From Microbotryum violaceum (lineage: Eukaryota), in NCBI GenBank assembly GCA_001244265.2, contig CDLV01000008.1, forward strand, positions 1,550,001 through 1,614,000: a stretch of 64,000 nt of DNA. The letters are read 5' to 3'. Both the position numbers and the translations under genes were made by a program. Below, in pieces: positions 14,167 to 27,354 of this stretch (its first letter is position 1; each line of letters begins with the position of its first letter). Below the pieces are notes generated by a model. The model saw only the letters and a program-made list of their open reading frames with translations. It had not been told where the DNA came from and ran no database searches.

Positions 14167-16260
14167 CGTGATTGAGCTTGGAAGGTGCCTCGAGTCGGGA
14201 AGAGGAGAGGTCTCGAAGGAACGAGGCGCCGTGTTGAGATCTAGCGATCTAGCGGTGCTCCACCTTGCTTTTGAAACCGGCCAATGATCGTCACAGCGGA
14301 AGCGAATAGCGGCTCTTCACACAACAACCCGACTCTCTCACCTTCTCAACTGAAAATATGATTAAGTTAAAACAGAACTGAAGAGGTTCGACTGCTGTGA
14401 TACCTCTTGCAACGCCATCAACACAAAATGCAATCTGCGCGATTGCGCCCAAACTCGATCGCACCCAAATTCGATCGCGCCAAAACTCGATCGCGGATCG
14501 TCGTTGTTCCAGCTGCAGATCAAGAGAGGGCGAGTGTTCTATCTTCGCCGCAAGCCCCTGACACACTGCATTTGCAAGATAGGGTGAAATGAAGCCATCC
14601 TTCCCTGATGACTGTCAGCCACAAATGTTTAATTTGGCGCGCAACAAAACCTTAGCGCTGGCCATTCAATACTGGACCACTAGCGAGAGAAGGCCAATGT
14701 ATGACCCTCCCTCGAGAACTCCCCCTCGCATGGCACCTCGTCCCCAAAAGTCTAGTCTCAGCCTAGACCTCCCTCCTGCCGCGAGGACGATCAGGTTAGG
14801 ACTGCGAAGCAACTGAAGCAGGACTGGAACTGTAGGTTTCTCGAGAAGTGATTGCAAAGGAGTGTTGTAGGAGTATGGGTTTGAGCATGAGGTATTGGTA
14901 TGAGTTGTTGCTTGCCGGAAGCAACGGAGAAACTATCAGCATTCGAACCGCTATGGATCGAGCGCGAGACACTCAGAGCCGATTCCCAGCGCATGCAACC
15001 CCGTGCATAACAGTGGAGGACAGTGTACCTCCGTGCAGTTCAATGAGATGACCCATGAAACCTAAACGCACAGTCATGCATGCCTATGCCCATGCATGGT
15101 GTGCTCGAAAAACCAGTTACAATTTTATAGCCCTCAACCGCGGGTGGCAGCTAATCTACATCCGAGCGTGAACACTCCTACTTGCTATCGATTATTTGTC
15201 TTGGGGGTACACAGAAATTACTCTTCACTGTTTTTCCTTGCCTCGACTCGTCGCGTCGGAGCTCTCGCGTGAAGCGGAAACCGCGGTAAACCGAAGCGAA
15301 AGCTAGATCGTGTCAGCTCGGGCCAAGCTGTTGGAGCAACAATCACTGGTCGATCATGGCGATCTCAACTGGGGGGTGATCCTCAAGGCTCAATCTGCTG
15401 TCCGAGACTGGAACCAGCTTGCTCCACAAGGTGTTTTGTCTCTCCAAGTGGTGGATCGCCGAGCTCGATTATGTGGGATGCGCGGTCCCCTGTCCGTGAG
15501 TTCGCTTCAGATCCGTCGCGTGCTCGGCCACGTTCACCACCATCACCACCATCATGACCACAGCATCACCATCGTCGTCGTCGTCGTCATCACCTTCGCC
15601 AGCGCCGTCGTCATTTCGCACCATGCATCGTTGTGCTGACTATTGCGGTCATGCGGGGATTCTCTCACGGAGAATTAATCCTCGAGCTCGATCACTTTTC
15701 GAAGGTCTCACCTGGGCCTGGCGCTGCCCGATCCGTTGCTTCACGCACGCGCGCCTGGGCGCCATGCCTGGGGATTCCTCGTTCTTTTTGTCCAGAGCTG
15801 GGAGAAGCAACTACTTATTAGTACTGGCGCGCCTGTTTCTTTTTTTGTCCGTTTTACAACCTCGGGTATTTCAACTTTACTAGTCAGCTTTATAGCGACT
15901 TCTCTCACGTTTTTAGCGACATCTCCCTAGATCTGGAGGAAGCTTATTGAAACTTTCGAATAAATTATCTTCTTGTCGTAGACTTTCTGACGGTCCCACG
16001 CGGAGCACGTTTGGCCCCCGATCAGCGCTCATGCGGCGCGGGTCCTTTGAGTTCACCCCGCCAGCCCCACCACCCACTTGGAGCACTCGAGTGCAGTTTC
16101 CACCCTCAACGTCCTCGACTCCTCGTGCTACCTCTCGTCTCTCTCTCACGACCACGACACGCCCCCACACGATTATCGACCCTGCATTTCGTGGGGGGAT
16201 AGATCAGAGCTTTGACGACTTTGGGGCCTCTGGCTTTGATCACATCTCGCGGGACGAGTC

Positions 16261-19200
16261 ATGTCGAATCGAGTGTACGACCACCGACCTTTGGGAACGC
16301 ATTCAGGGAGTGGTGGTGGTGGTGGTGGAGCCGGCGCTGGATCGACGGCCGCAGCATCATCAGCGGGCGCGGGCGGCGGGCTCGGCAGCGGCGGTGGTGG
16401 AATCAGCGAGCGTGATTCAGGGCGCGATTCAGGGCGTGAACGTGAGCGAGAGCGTGAGCAACAGCGGGACCAGCGGGAACGAGAGCGTGACCGGGGAGGT
16501 GACCGCGCATCGTCCTCGGCGCTCAACGCTTCACTCCCTTCGATCATGTCGAGCAACAACCTCAACGCCAACGGTGACGGGCGACAGGGCGTCGGTGGCG
16601 GTGGACCTTTGCACGCTTCGCATCTCGGCGTCGGTGGACCAGGTCCTGGTGCAGGTGACCGGGTCGGGGGCGCAGGCGGAGGAGGGGTCGGCGGGTCCAC
16701 GGGCCTGCCACCACCACCACTAGCCTCGTCCATGGGCGGCGGCGCCGGCGCAGGCGGTGGCGCCGGTGCAACCGTCGTCTATGCCCCGAGTCGACTTAAC
16801 GACCTGCTCGACTTTGTGCGGTCAGAGTTCGACCAGGCCACAGGGGAGATGGGCATGCTCAGGGCCGCGAGGGAAGAGTACGAAGCCATGAGTGAGTGAT
16901 CGATGATCGTCGTCGTGTGTCTGTGTCGAGTCTAGTCCGTCTCCGCATCCCGGCTCTCGTGCGCGACCCCCTCTCTGCTCGCCCCGAGGACGTGGTGCAC
17001 GCATACATCGAACCTGTCCGACCGCTCCAATCTCGTTGCCATCGACCTGCACCGACCGAGGCGCAGCTCACACAGTCGCTATCCGTATCCGTGGCCGAGA
17101 GGAAACGCCGGGCATCGACCACGTCGACGGCCGCCCCCGTGCCCGGCCATGGTTCTCCTCGTCGTCGTCGCTATCAAGCACCTGCCAGAATTGAACGCCG
17201 ATCGGCCTCGAGAATAGCAACAAACAGAGGGATGTGTGCTGACCGACTGTACTGGCGCTCCCCCGTGTGCTTTTTGGACAGTTCAACTCCATGCAAACGA
17301 ATTGAATGCGATGCGGTCCATGTCGTACGACTTGGAGCGCAAACACCACGACGACAAGCGAGTGTAAGCCGCTCGAATCCGTAGGCCGCCTGCTAGCTCG
17401 ACGTTCTTTGTCTGTACTGACTTGCGCGCAATTTCCCCTATTGGGTCTACGGCATCGTTCTGAACAGATTGCAGGAGGAGAATATGAGGTTACAGGAAGA
17501 AACGATTCGTCTGCGCCAACAGCTCGACCAACGACTGCCGCCAGGCTCGTCCTCGCTACCCCTCGGCGGACTCCCACAATCGTCTGCATCGTCCCGACCC
17601 GTTCTGCCTTCCATCATGGCTGGAGGAGGTGTTGGTGGTCCTCCAGGATCGAGTTCGGGTGGTCGACCGGGGTCATCGGGGTTCCCGCCGAGCGAGTATG
17701 CAGATAGGGATCGGTACGGACCACCAGGGGGAGGGAGTCAGGTCCAGGGCCTACGTGACCGACCGATCGACAGGGATGCGGAGCACATCAAGCGATCGAG
17801 GGATGAGGATGAGCGGTATGGGGGTGCAATGACACCCATCGGCGCAAAAGGGAAAGGTGAGACCCGACACTGGAACAGCACAGAATGCGAAGCTTGCGAG
17901 AGAATGTTTGCTGACCTGTAATTCCTGGTGCGCGTGCGCTTTTACCTTAGGCTACTCATCGAAACCGAGTCCGAATGTGTCCAACATGTCGCCGTACCCT
18001 CAACAACCAGGGTCTCGACCTTCTTCGACGGCACCGAATGGTGGGCCAAGCCGCGACCACGCCGCCTCCCCGCGTCCGCACCCCGGTTCCGAGATGGGAG
18101 GCGGTCCGAAGGAGAACGAGGCTTTCGATCCCGATACGACAGGGTTCAAGAAGGAAGGCAGCGACTGGCTGACGGTGTACAACCCCAACGTCAAGCGGGT
18201 GCTCGATGTCGGGCTTGTCCACACGCTCGTCCACGATTCGGTCGTGTGCTGCGTTCGCTTCTCCCCTGACGGCAAGGTGCTCGCGACGGGCTGCAACCGC
18301 AACACGACTCTGTATGACACCAAGACGGGGGCTAAGCTCTCGATCCTCAACGACGACGCGTCTAACAGCAAGCAGGACAACTACATCCGATCGGCGTGCT
18401 TCTCCCCCGACGGGCGGTTCCTCGCGACCGGGTCCGAGGATTGCATCGTACGAATTTGGAACCTTGCTCAGAAGCGCGTCGCCAAGATCTTCTCAGGCCA
18501 CAAGTCTGAAATTTATTCGCTTGCGTTCTCGCCTGATGGACGACGTCTCGTCAGTGGTTCGGGCGATCGCAGTGCCAAGATGTGGGATATGGATTCGGGG
18601 ACATGCTTGTTCACATTGCAGATCGACGACGTGACGATCGCGGAGAACGGACCCGTCGACGCAGGCGTCACCTCGGTCGTGCTTTCCCCCGATGGGCACT
18701 ACATCGCTGCCGGATCGCTCGACACCGTCGTCCGCTTGTGGGACGCCCATACGGGCAAGTTGTTGGACAAGCTCAAATCGCACAAGGACAGCGTCTACTC
18801 CGTCGCCTTCTCCCCCGATGGGAAGTATCTCGTTTCGGGTAGTCTGGACAAGACGCTGAAGATTTGGGATATGAACACTTTCAAGGCGTTGAACAACAAT
18901 CAACCGGGGTTGATTGCGCAAGGTGGGGAAGGGGGGAAGACGGCATGTGTGACGACTTTGGTCGGGCACAAGGATTACGTTTTGTCGGTGAGTATTCTTG
19001 TGCTTGTGTCCTCCTGACTCAACCTGGATGCTGTGAGCTGATCCGGTTCTACGATATTCTTGGTGTAAACCCAGGTCGACACAACCCCGGACGGTCTCTG
19101 GATTGTCTCGGGTTCCAAAGACCGCGGCGTGCAATTCTGGGACGTCAAGACCTTCAAAGCGCAGTTCATGCTCCAAGGCGCCAAGAACTCCGTCATTTCC

Positions 19201-19284
19201 GTCGCCGTCTCCCCCGTTGGCGGGTTCTTCAGCACCGGTTCCGGTGATCACAGTGCCAAGATCTGGACGTATTCGAGTTTATAG
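16261..19284 (+). CDS. TUP1: General transcriptional corepressor Tup1 (Tup_N + WD40 repeats)
   Basis: [15 protein letters not shown] (Tup_N). [71 protein letters not shown]. The exact start (16261 or a downstream ATG) is uncertain. Confidence 0.94.
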
Positions 19285-19850
19285 AAAGAAAGAAAGAGGA
19301 TGCGTGTTTTTGAAAGAAGACATGCACTGAAGAGGCCCGAGTGATTCTGAAACACATAGTTTCTGGGTCGCCAGGTTGACTGGCTCTCGGAAGTTGATTA
19401 CCTCCGCCCCTGTGCTCTCTCTCTCTACCCCGTGTGTTTGCTTTGCTTTCATGGTTGTCGCGCTGTTTTTGGGGGCGATCTGTGCCTTACTACCCCCTTG
19501 TTTACGTTTTGCCTTTTCCCGTCTTTGTGGCAGCTTGGTTGAATAAATACGAAGAGATGGGAGGCAAAAGACCTGGAAAGGCCGATCAAATCCGAGAGAA
19601 GCAAGTGGGTCTCATTATTGTCAAAAACGGGAAAGTGGCTCAGCGGCGTGCGTTTACAGGAGAAGGGAAGCGAAATGGGTGGCGATGAAGAAAGAAAGCA
19701 AGAGGGGACTATATTTGTGACGCCTAACATTTGAAGAGACCACAGGGAACGCAGTGATGGCAGGGTGTGTGAGCAGAGATTGACAAGGAGCAAAGCGAGG
19801 AGAGGAGTAAGATTGCTCCTCTTTGAGTCGGTTTTGGATTCTAGGTGTTC

Positions 19851-22800
19851 TCAGAAGCTCTTGTCGTTGATGCGATCCTTCAACTGCCCCAAGAACTGTT
19901 GGTAACTCGGCAAACCTTCCATCCTGTCCTCGATCAACAACGACAGGGCCCATTGACGCAACGCCGGGTCGCCGTCCTCTTTGACGACGTAGAGGTGCGC
20001 CTATATAGGAACGAAAGACGAGGGGAATGGTCAGATGCTGGGACGCGGAAAAACCCCAAGTGAGTGTGGGTTGTACGTACATAGTAGGGTCCTCGTCGGG
20101 CTTCCCTAACCTTGCCAACGATAGCATTGACCCGTTGCGAGAAGGCGTTGTCCAAGACGGGCAATGTCATCTTAAAGCACACGCGTAATCACAAAAGTCA
20201 GTCTCTACTCGATCATGCAACCATGCAACCATGCAACCATGCAACCATGCAACCATGCAACCATGCAACCATGCAACCATGCAACCACACGGGTAATTCA
20301 GCTTCTTACCTTGCCCCCTCTCAACTCGGCATAACTCGGTACGTCAAAGACGTCCAACACCAACTGCGGGACGGCGTCCCTACCTAACCAAAGGAAGACG
20401 TTCTGCCCATCCTCGATCAAGAATAAGCCGTGCCTTTCCAACCTTTCGCTCGAAAGCGGCAAAGGCATGGGCAACACGACGCCCTGGTCGCCGATCGTGC
20501 CACATTCCTTGGGCATGTTGTGCAGCGAGTAAAAGACAGGGTGGAGGTAAGGGATCAGGAGTTGCGACGGCAAGGTCGTCAACAAGGCCTGGGCGTAGGC
20601 TCGTAAATCCGAAGGGATCATCGCCGATTGACGCAAACCTATGTGCTTGATGAGACCCAACATCAACAATGGCAAGAACTTCATGTTCTCGGCGCACACC
20701 AGCTGAGGCGAGGCCCCGGATCCGGAGGACGTCATCGTCGCTTTGTACGTGCCCAAGATGTCGATCAGCTTGTTCATGATGGCGTCGCGGGCGTCCTCGA
20801 GCTTGGCTTGCATGCACCGCTCAACGGCCTTGTCGGCCAACAAGGTCGCCATTGCGACCGTATCAACGTTGGCATATAGCTCGCTCAAACTCGACGTCGT
20901 CGGCAGCGCCTGGGTGACGACTCGGATCCTTCGTTCGCCGTAGCACGTCGTGTGCAGGACCGCGGTCTGGAAGACGACGAAAGGTGCCGAAATGGGGTCT
21001 TCAATCTGGATCTCGATCGCGTACGATTGGTCCATTGGCACGGCGGCGAGGGAGAGCAAGTCGGTCGACCGCACGAAAAAGTTGCCGTGGAAAGCAGACA
21101 TGCGGATACCCTTACTGGCGCGCACACGCATGACGGCCTCGAGCGCGATCGGATCGGCAATGACGGTGCCAAACTCGTGCGCGAACTTGAGGGCATCCTC
21201 TGAGCGAGCGGCGTTGAAGGAAGGGTAGAAATACGTTTGCCCACCAGTGTATCGAGGCAGGCCAGACAACGTTGCGACGTCGGTGTAGGCCGAAGCAAAG
21301 AGCCACATGTCGACCGAGACCTGCGAGCGCGAACACTCAATAGCGAACGATTTGTAGAAGCCCGTCTGGGGCTGCAGCAGCGCCGACTCTTTTGTTGTGC
21401 CCAGGACCTTGGAGTCTTCTCGGTTCTTGAGCGCCCCGGGCCCAATGTTGGGCAACGACGAGGTCAAAGCGATGACTTTGCCCCCGACTTGCGAGACGAG
21501 TTTGAAAGCGGCTTGCAGTCCCGCACCAAGTGCATTGCCGACGTTCTGCGTGTCCTTAAACATGTCGCTCAAGCGGGAAAGCAGCGACTCGAGCGCCGAA
21601 CGCGCCTCGACGAGGTTGACGAGGATGTCGCTCGGCTTGGGGAGGAAGACTTCGTCGAGGTCACCGACGACGAGCATCGAGGGTTCGGTCGCACCCGCGG
21701 GGAGAGAGAAGAAGTGCAGGCACGAGTCGACACCGATGATAGCGATCTTTGTCCGGCCATCATCGTTGGGCAGTCGATCGAGCGACTCGAGCAAGGTCCT
21801 CGCCGCGGTTGCGACCATGCCTGTGGTCACGGCCGAGTAGGACACGTCGATGAGGAAGATGTACAAGGGCGGTTGCGGCGGGCGGACCATGTATTCTGTC
21901 GGGGCGATGAACTCGACGATGGACGAATTGAGTTCGGCTCGAGCGTATCGGTCAACAGGCGCGTTCTTCTCTTGGTCCCAGTCAAAGAGCTGCGGCACCT
22001 CATTCGAGAGGTTGCACATGCAGCATTTCCACCGCTGTCCGCCTTCGATGAAGGTGACGAATGGGTTGATGTAGGTTCGACAACGTCGGCATCGCGCGAT
22101 GACGGTGTCGGAGACGACGGGCACTTCGGGGTCGTTGGGTTTGAGCGAGCGGTAAGGCGTCAAGACGAGCGCGAGGGGCAATTTGGATTTGTTGAGCAAA
22201 GAATTGGTCGTCGGGACGGCATTGATCGTCGCGCGCTGGTAGGATGGGTCGGCATTGCGCGTCTCGCTCGTCGAGAAGGAGGCCTGTACGTTACCAGGTA
22301 GCTATGAAGTCAGTGGTCGTACTTGTTACTAGAGAGGAGGATGCGACAAATTCGACGCTGGGGACTGACGTGGGGAGGCAAATTGACCGGAGGAGGGGGC
22401 ATGCTCATCAATTCGGCCGGGTGGAGGGGCAGTCCGATCAGGTTCGTCGTTGAGACGGATGCTTGCACCTTTTGCCCGCCGCCCAAGTTCATTTGCCCCA
22501 ACTGATTTGACATCGCCTGCGCTGCGCCTGCACCCGCACCTGCAAAGCCTGGTCCACCGGGACCCGGAGCTGCTCCTCCCCTGCCGTACCCTTGCGCCGC
22601 CGCGGCTCCACCTGCTCCAGCACCGTACTGATCCGGCTGGGCGCCAGGTGCGCCGGGCGAGAAGAAGTTGCCTCCACCTCCAGCAGAGTTGTTGTTGGCC
22701 GAAGGGTCTTGGAAGCCGGTCGCGGGCGAGAAGAAGGACTGGCTCGGGCTGTGGGAATGAGACGATCCACCGGCGGCGCCAGTCGAAGGGGCGCTCAAGT

Positions 22801-23788
22801 TGGGATCACCGGCGATGTAGGCCGCCGTGTTGGCCGCATATTGACGACGCCCTACTCGTGGTTGAGGTGGCGGTGGCGGCTGCTGCTGTTGCTGTTGCGG
22901 CTGAGGTAGGATCGCGCCTAGTTGCGGCTGGGGAGGGGGCGGTGATCGGATCGCTTGAGCTACTGCTGCACCACCTGGTCCTGCTCCAGGGGAAGCCTGA
23001 TGTTCAGGGACGGGTGGTGTCTGTCGCTGAGGCGAAAACTGGGGCATCGGCACCGCACCGTGGGGTCTAGTGGCGCCAGCATTCGCGACCGAACCTGCTC
23101 GCATGTGCCCTCGCTGTATGCCATTGAAGGGACCGCCGGGGCCGCCGCCGTGTACAGGGGGCGAGTAGGAGGATATCGGTCCCGAAATGGAGGCTCTTGA
23201 ACCGTGGTGGGCTCCCATCGGTCGACCCTGGGCCGGAGGCACGGGCGCGCTGAACGGGAAGTTGAACTGTGATCGACCTGTAGCTACCTCTGTCGGGTGC
23301 GGTTCATCGCACGCGATTCGGTGCATACCACGTGTCAGCTCGTATTTTCTGGTTCGTGCACGTGACCACCCAGTGGCCATAGGAGCTGTGTCGACCGAGG
23401 ATGATCGCCGAACGGGTTCTTCTTCCGGGGGCTGTCGGAGCACGTCACGCTCACACCTGGCCGGGATCACCCACCACCCTGCAGCGCGCCAGAACGACAC
23501 GGGGAAACACAACATGACCTGGCACTCACCAATGAACGCATGCCTCCCCACCGTAGGATCCCTGGTAGACAATCGTGGATCCAAGCAAGTCAGTATACAC
23601 ATACAGCAGCTGGCTGCCCCGTCACCGCACCACGCCTCCCCGCTTCACCCGCAACGTGGATCCACACAACACCCAAATCGCACTCTGGCCTGGCCCGGGC
23701 CCTATCGCTACACTGCAACTCACCACTGCGCGATCCATCCATGCGGTAAAGGCGGGTGAGGTAACGACTGCGATGGGTTGCGTTGCAT
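19851..23788 (-). CDS. SEC24: COPII coat subunit Sec24 with N-terminal WW-like domain and Pro/Gln-rich region
   Basis: Zn finger [12 protein letters not shown]...WKCCMC, trunk [21 protein letters not shown], beta-sandwich EAVMRVRAS, helical and gelsolin parts. Ends ...DRINDKSF* at 19851. 5' exons inferred at 23788-23724 and 23561-23530, joining at 23289. Confidence 0.95.
20214..20285. repeat. Perfect 8-bp tandem repeat (CATGCAAC)x9 inside a Sec24 intron
   Basis: Read directly; 72 bp lying between the GTAAG donor and the branch point/acceptor on the minus strand. Confidence 0.97.
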
Positions 23789-25643
23789 CTCGTCTGCTGC
23801 TGCTGCAATCGGCTCTCTCTCTCTCTCTCTCCTTCGACGATGGGCTCAGGTCACACGCGCGCACGAAGGGAGCGGAGCAAGCCAGCAGGCCGAAGTCGGC
23901 ACGGCGGCTGGGCCAGCGCCAGTCAAACTTAGTCGAATGGCGCACACTGGCGCACACAACTCGCACACCGCACACATGACTGCGCACACTAACGCTCGCC
24001 CCCGCCTTCATGTTCTATGTTCTGTTACACAGCCAAGGGGGGTTTTAAAACATAGTCGACTATGTTGCAAAATTCGATAAGCCCTACACTACTACTGGCC
24101 CAGTCAGTGTGCTAAAATGCATCTTCTTCCACCTTTAGAATCCTAGGTACTACCGTACTAATGCTCTGATTACATCTTTTAGAATACTAGGTTCGGCGGC
24201 GCGCCGTTGACCCGCTGCAATGTGATGTACTTTGCTGCAACAGCTGCGGTACTGTTCAGTAACGGAAACCTAGTAGTGGTTTAAGTCGGGAGAAGACCGC
24301 GCGACGACGATCAAATGTACAGAGCCTTCACTTCATCACTGAACGGCTAGTACTTTTTTGTTCTCCGGGAGTCCGATGATGGGCTGAGACCGTCGTCGAG
24401 ACCCGCGTCGAGTGTGGAGCTTTTCACGGGTGTCGCAAGCTTGACTTGCGAGCTGCCACGGGATGGTGAGCCGCAATTCACGGAACCAGAGGCCTTTTTT
24501 TGGCGTGATTCGTTTATTGCAACGATCATTATCTGTTGTCCATCTGTAGCGATGGCAGTGAAGACTCACATTTAGTTTCCCATGGACCCGGATTCTCAGC
24601 GGTACGAAGTCAATCCTTCCGCTGTATTTTCCCGTGGCTGTTGACCTCCACGCTCTGCCTTGTATTGAGACCATGACTGCACATACGTCCCCCACACTTA
24701 AAATGGTGTGTGCGTACAGCTCAGCATGCCCGTCAACGTTTACGGGTAGCGGCGTAACGTAAGACTTTGCTACTCTTCGGCCATTGTAGCTTCCTTCGCG
24801 AGCGTTGTTGTGGAACATGTGGTATTTGTTGGCATCGATGTAAACGTCAGAGATTCAGGGACTCGTCACCCCCAAATATCATGCGAGAATCGGAGCACAC
24901 AACGGGGTAAGCGATCATCGACCAAACCCGAGTTTGAACCTCGGCTATCACCGAGCTGTGCCCCTCTGGCCTTGCTTTCGGGCAAGGCGAAAGCGCGTCG
25001 TTCTTGCCTTAGCACTTCAGTGCATAACGCGTCCAAGTTGCGCAAACCCCAGCGGAGTGAAGCATCGTCATCAAGAAGAGGATCTTGTGGTCAAACTGCG
25101 GCGCGATGAAAGGGACGAGAAGGAACGCAGTGGTCAGCGCCTCGTCCTTCACCAATCGTCGCGTGGATTCCACAGGGGCCAAAAGGTCGGGAAAACACTC
25201 ATCACGAGAATGGGCACCGTCTGAGGTGAAAGAAATAACAGCCTAGGGCCTGAGACAACACCCGCGGCAAAGAGAAGAGCAGACAGCTTCATCGAACATA
25301 TTCGCATCAGATGAAAAGTCGAGAGAGTACGAGAGGTAGCGAGAAGAAGGACAGATCGCACGTTGGCGCGTTCGTCCTAGACGCGAGCCCCCTTCGACCG
25401 AAGCTCAGTACCCTTTTCGAGGCATCCCTTTATGGGGATCTCACACATTAGCGCATTAGCTTGCCCACCTGGCGTGGTTGTCAGGTGGCCCCGTGCCCGT
25501 CACTCAAGCCGCGCCGCAACGAGCGATGTCCCTCTTTACCAACGCAGAGGTCACCCTGCTCATCATTGCACACCTTCACAGAACCCTTGAAGCATTCTCA
25601 GCACCTCTGCTCAACTCAGTAGGTCCCCACATGACAACCCCAT

Positions 25644-26865
25644 TCAATCCTCTTCAATCTCCTCGATCCTCGGTCGATCCTCGAACTGCAACTCGACCTC
25701 GGGTCCCTGTCCATGCCCACCACAAGGTACCCCCCCATGACTATGGCCACCCCCACCACCATGTCCTCCATCAGGTCCGTCGTGGGAATGGCCATGGTCG
25801 TTCTCCCGCCCTGCTTTTTCACGAGCGTCACGCTTGGCCTTCTTCTTTTCGCTCTTTTGCTTCTTGGGTGGGGGGAGGTCCCAGCTCCACAGGGGGATGA
25901 ATGAGTCGACCTGCGGAAAGACGCGAGTGCAAAGTTAAGCCTCGACCCAATCGATCTGTAGACGTTCCTCGGAAAGAAAGGACTTACGAATCCGACGTCG
26001 GCAAAGAGATTGGGAAAGATCCAAATGCCGGGCTTGGCGACGACGATGGTGATGATCCAAAATATCAACCTCGCGACCGCCAAAGCGATAAAGACGCCGA
26101 TCAAGCCCAACAGTCCAATACTAAGATACCAGACGCCGACCCTCAACTTGACCGGCCACAAGGGGAACATGACCGCACCGAGGACGACGGCGACCATGGC
26201 CGCGGCGAGGAGCAATTGACGAATCGGGTTGGCGTCCATCAGCCAGACGTAGTACTCGTCCGGGGCGAAGAGTTGTTGGGGTACGATTTGGATCAGACGA
26301 GGTCCTCCTGATTGGCCGGATACGGATTGACCGCGCTCGACTCGGAGGTAGAAGGTGTGAGGAATCAATTGGTGCAGCAGAGCGATCGCGGCGGCTTCGT
26401 CCTTGACTTTGGGCACCGTCTTGAGCTTGGCGTAGGCTGGGGACAGCAGCACTTTGATAGCCGATCGACCTATAGGGTTGTTGCGTAATATGCGAGTCAG
26501 TCTTGATGAACGCAGGCGGTATGGAGGTGGATAAAGTGGTCCGTCCTTGCCCCCGACGTGTGCTCACCCTTGAAATAGTCGGCGCGCTTGCCCGACAAGG
26601 CCCCCGTGCGCACCTTCATCCCTGACTTGTTGCGAAGGAAGTCGGCGACAGCCTTCATTTCGGCTGTAGGTGGTCGTAGCAGCGGGCACAGAGGCCGAGT
26701 GAGCGGGTGACGAGGGGCGGACGAGCACAGCGCGAGAGGAGAAGGGGGGATGAGACGTGGCGTCAGTACTGGGGTGTTCCCGATTCCAGCTGGGGTACGA
26801 GGAGGGAGAGAACAGTGTGGGGTTCTAGAGCACTTACGAGGTGCTTTAGCTTGAGCTTCTTCCAT
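25644..26865 (-). CDS. SEC62: ER translocon subunit Sec62
   Basis: MKAVADFLRNKSGMKVRTGALSGKRADYFKG, LGAVMFPLWP, PGIWIFPNLFADVGFVDSFIPLWGW. Two hydrophobic segments and a His/Gly-rich tail. Confidence 0.93.
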
Positions 26866-27354
26866 CGTGGGCAGGTCGAAGGGCGGGGGAAAGGTCGCGT
26901 TGGGCACTGGAACTGGCACGAGGACGAGTGCGAATCGCGTCGGGGCGCACGTACGGGACACGGGCCGTGCGTATGGCAGCAGGTGCGCGAGGGTGCGTGT
27001 CGATCACTCTAGACTGAACTCAATCACTAATCACAGTTTGCACCCCCAGCACTCCAGTTGGCAGTGAGCACCCCTTTACCCAGCATGTGGTACTGTCACA
27101 GTACTCGGACATTCATCCACAAAAGCTCCACGTTAATGTGGGCTGGACCGAAGTGAAGTGATGGTGCGTGGGAAGGAAGCCGAAGAGGGGAATAGGGGCT
27201 CTGGACGAGGAACGCGGTCCGAGCGCGAGTGCACGTGATTCCAAGCTGCAACCAGCCAGCGCGCGCCGACTGACGCGTCTCGACTCCCTCACTACGCCTC
27301 CCTCCCCCTGTCCCCGGTCCACTCGCCCCTCGCCTCTCGCCCTGAGCCCCCTTG

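Noticed and set aside
15533..15600. CAC/CAT and GTC triplet runs reading as poly-His/poly-Val upstream of TUP1
   Set aside because: Short low-complexity microsatellite with no supported coding context.
20214..20285. Tandem array as a CRISPR or telomeric repeat
   Set aside because: No spacers or cas genes, eukaryotic intronic context, and the unit is not telomere-like.
21237..22301. Long antisense ORFs (also 5652-6338, 28189-29067, 18493-19251)
   Set aside because: Shadows of GC3-biased sense genes; no independent protein features.
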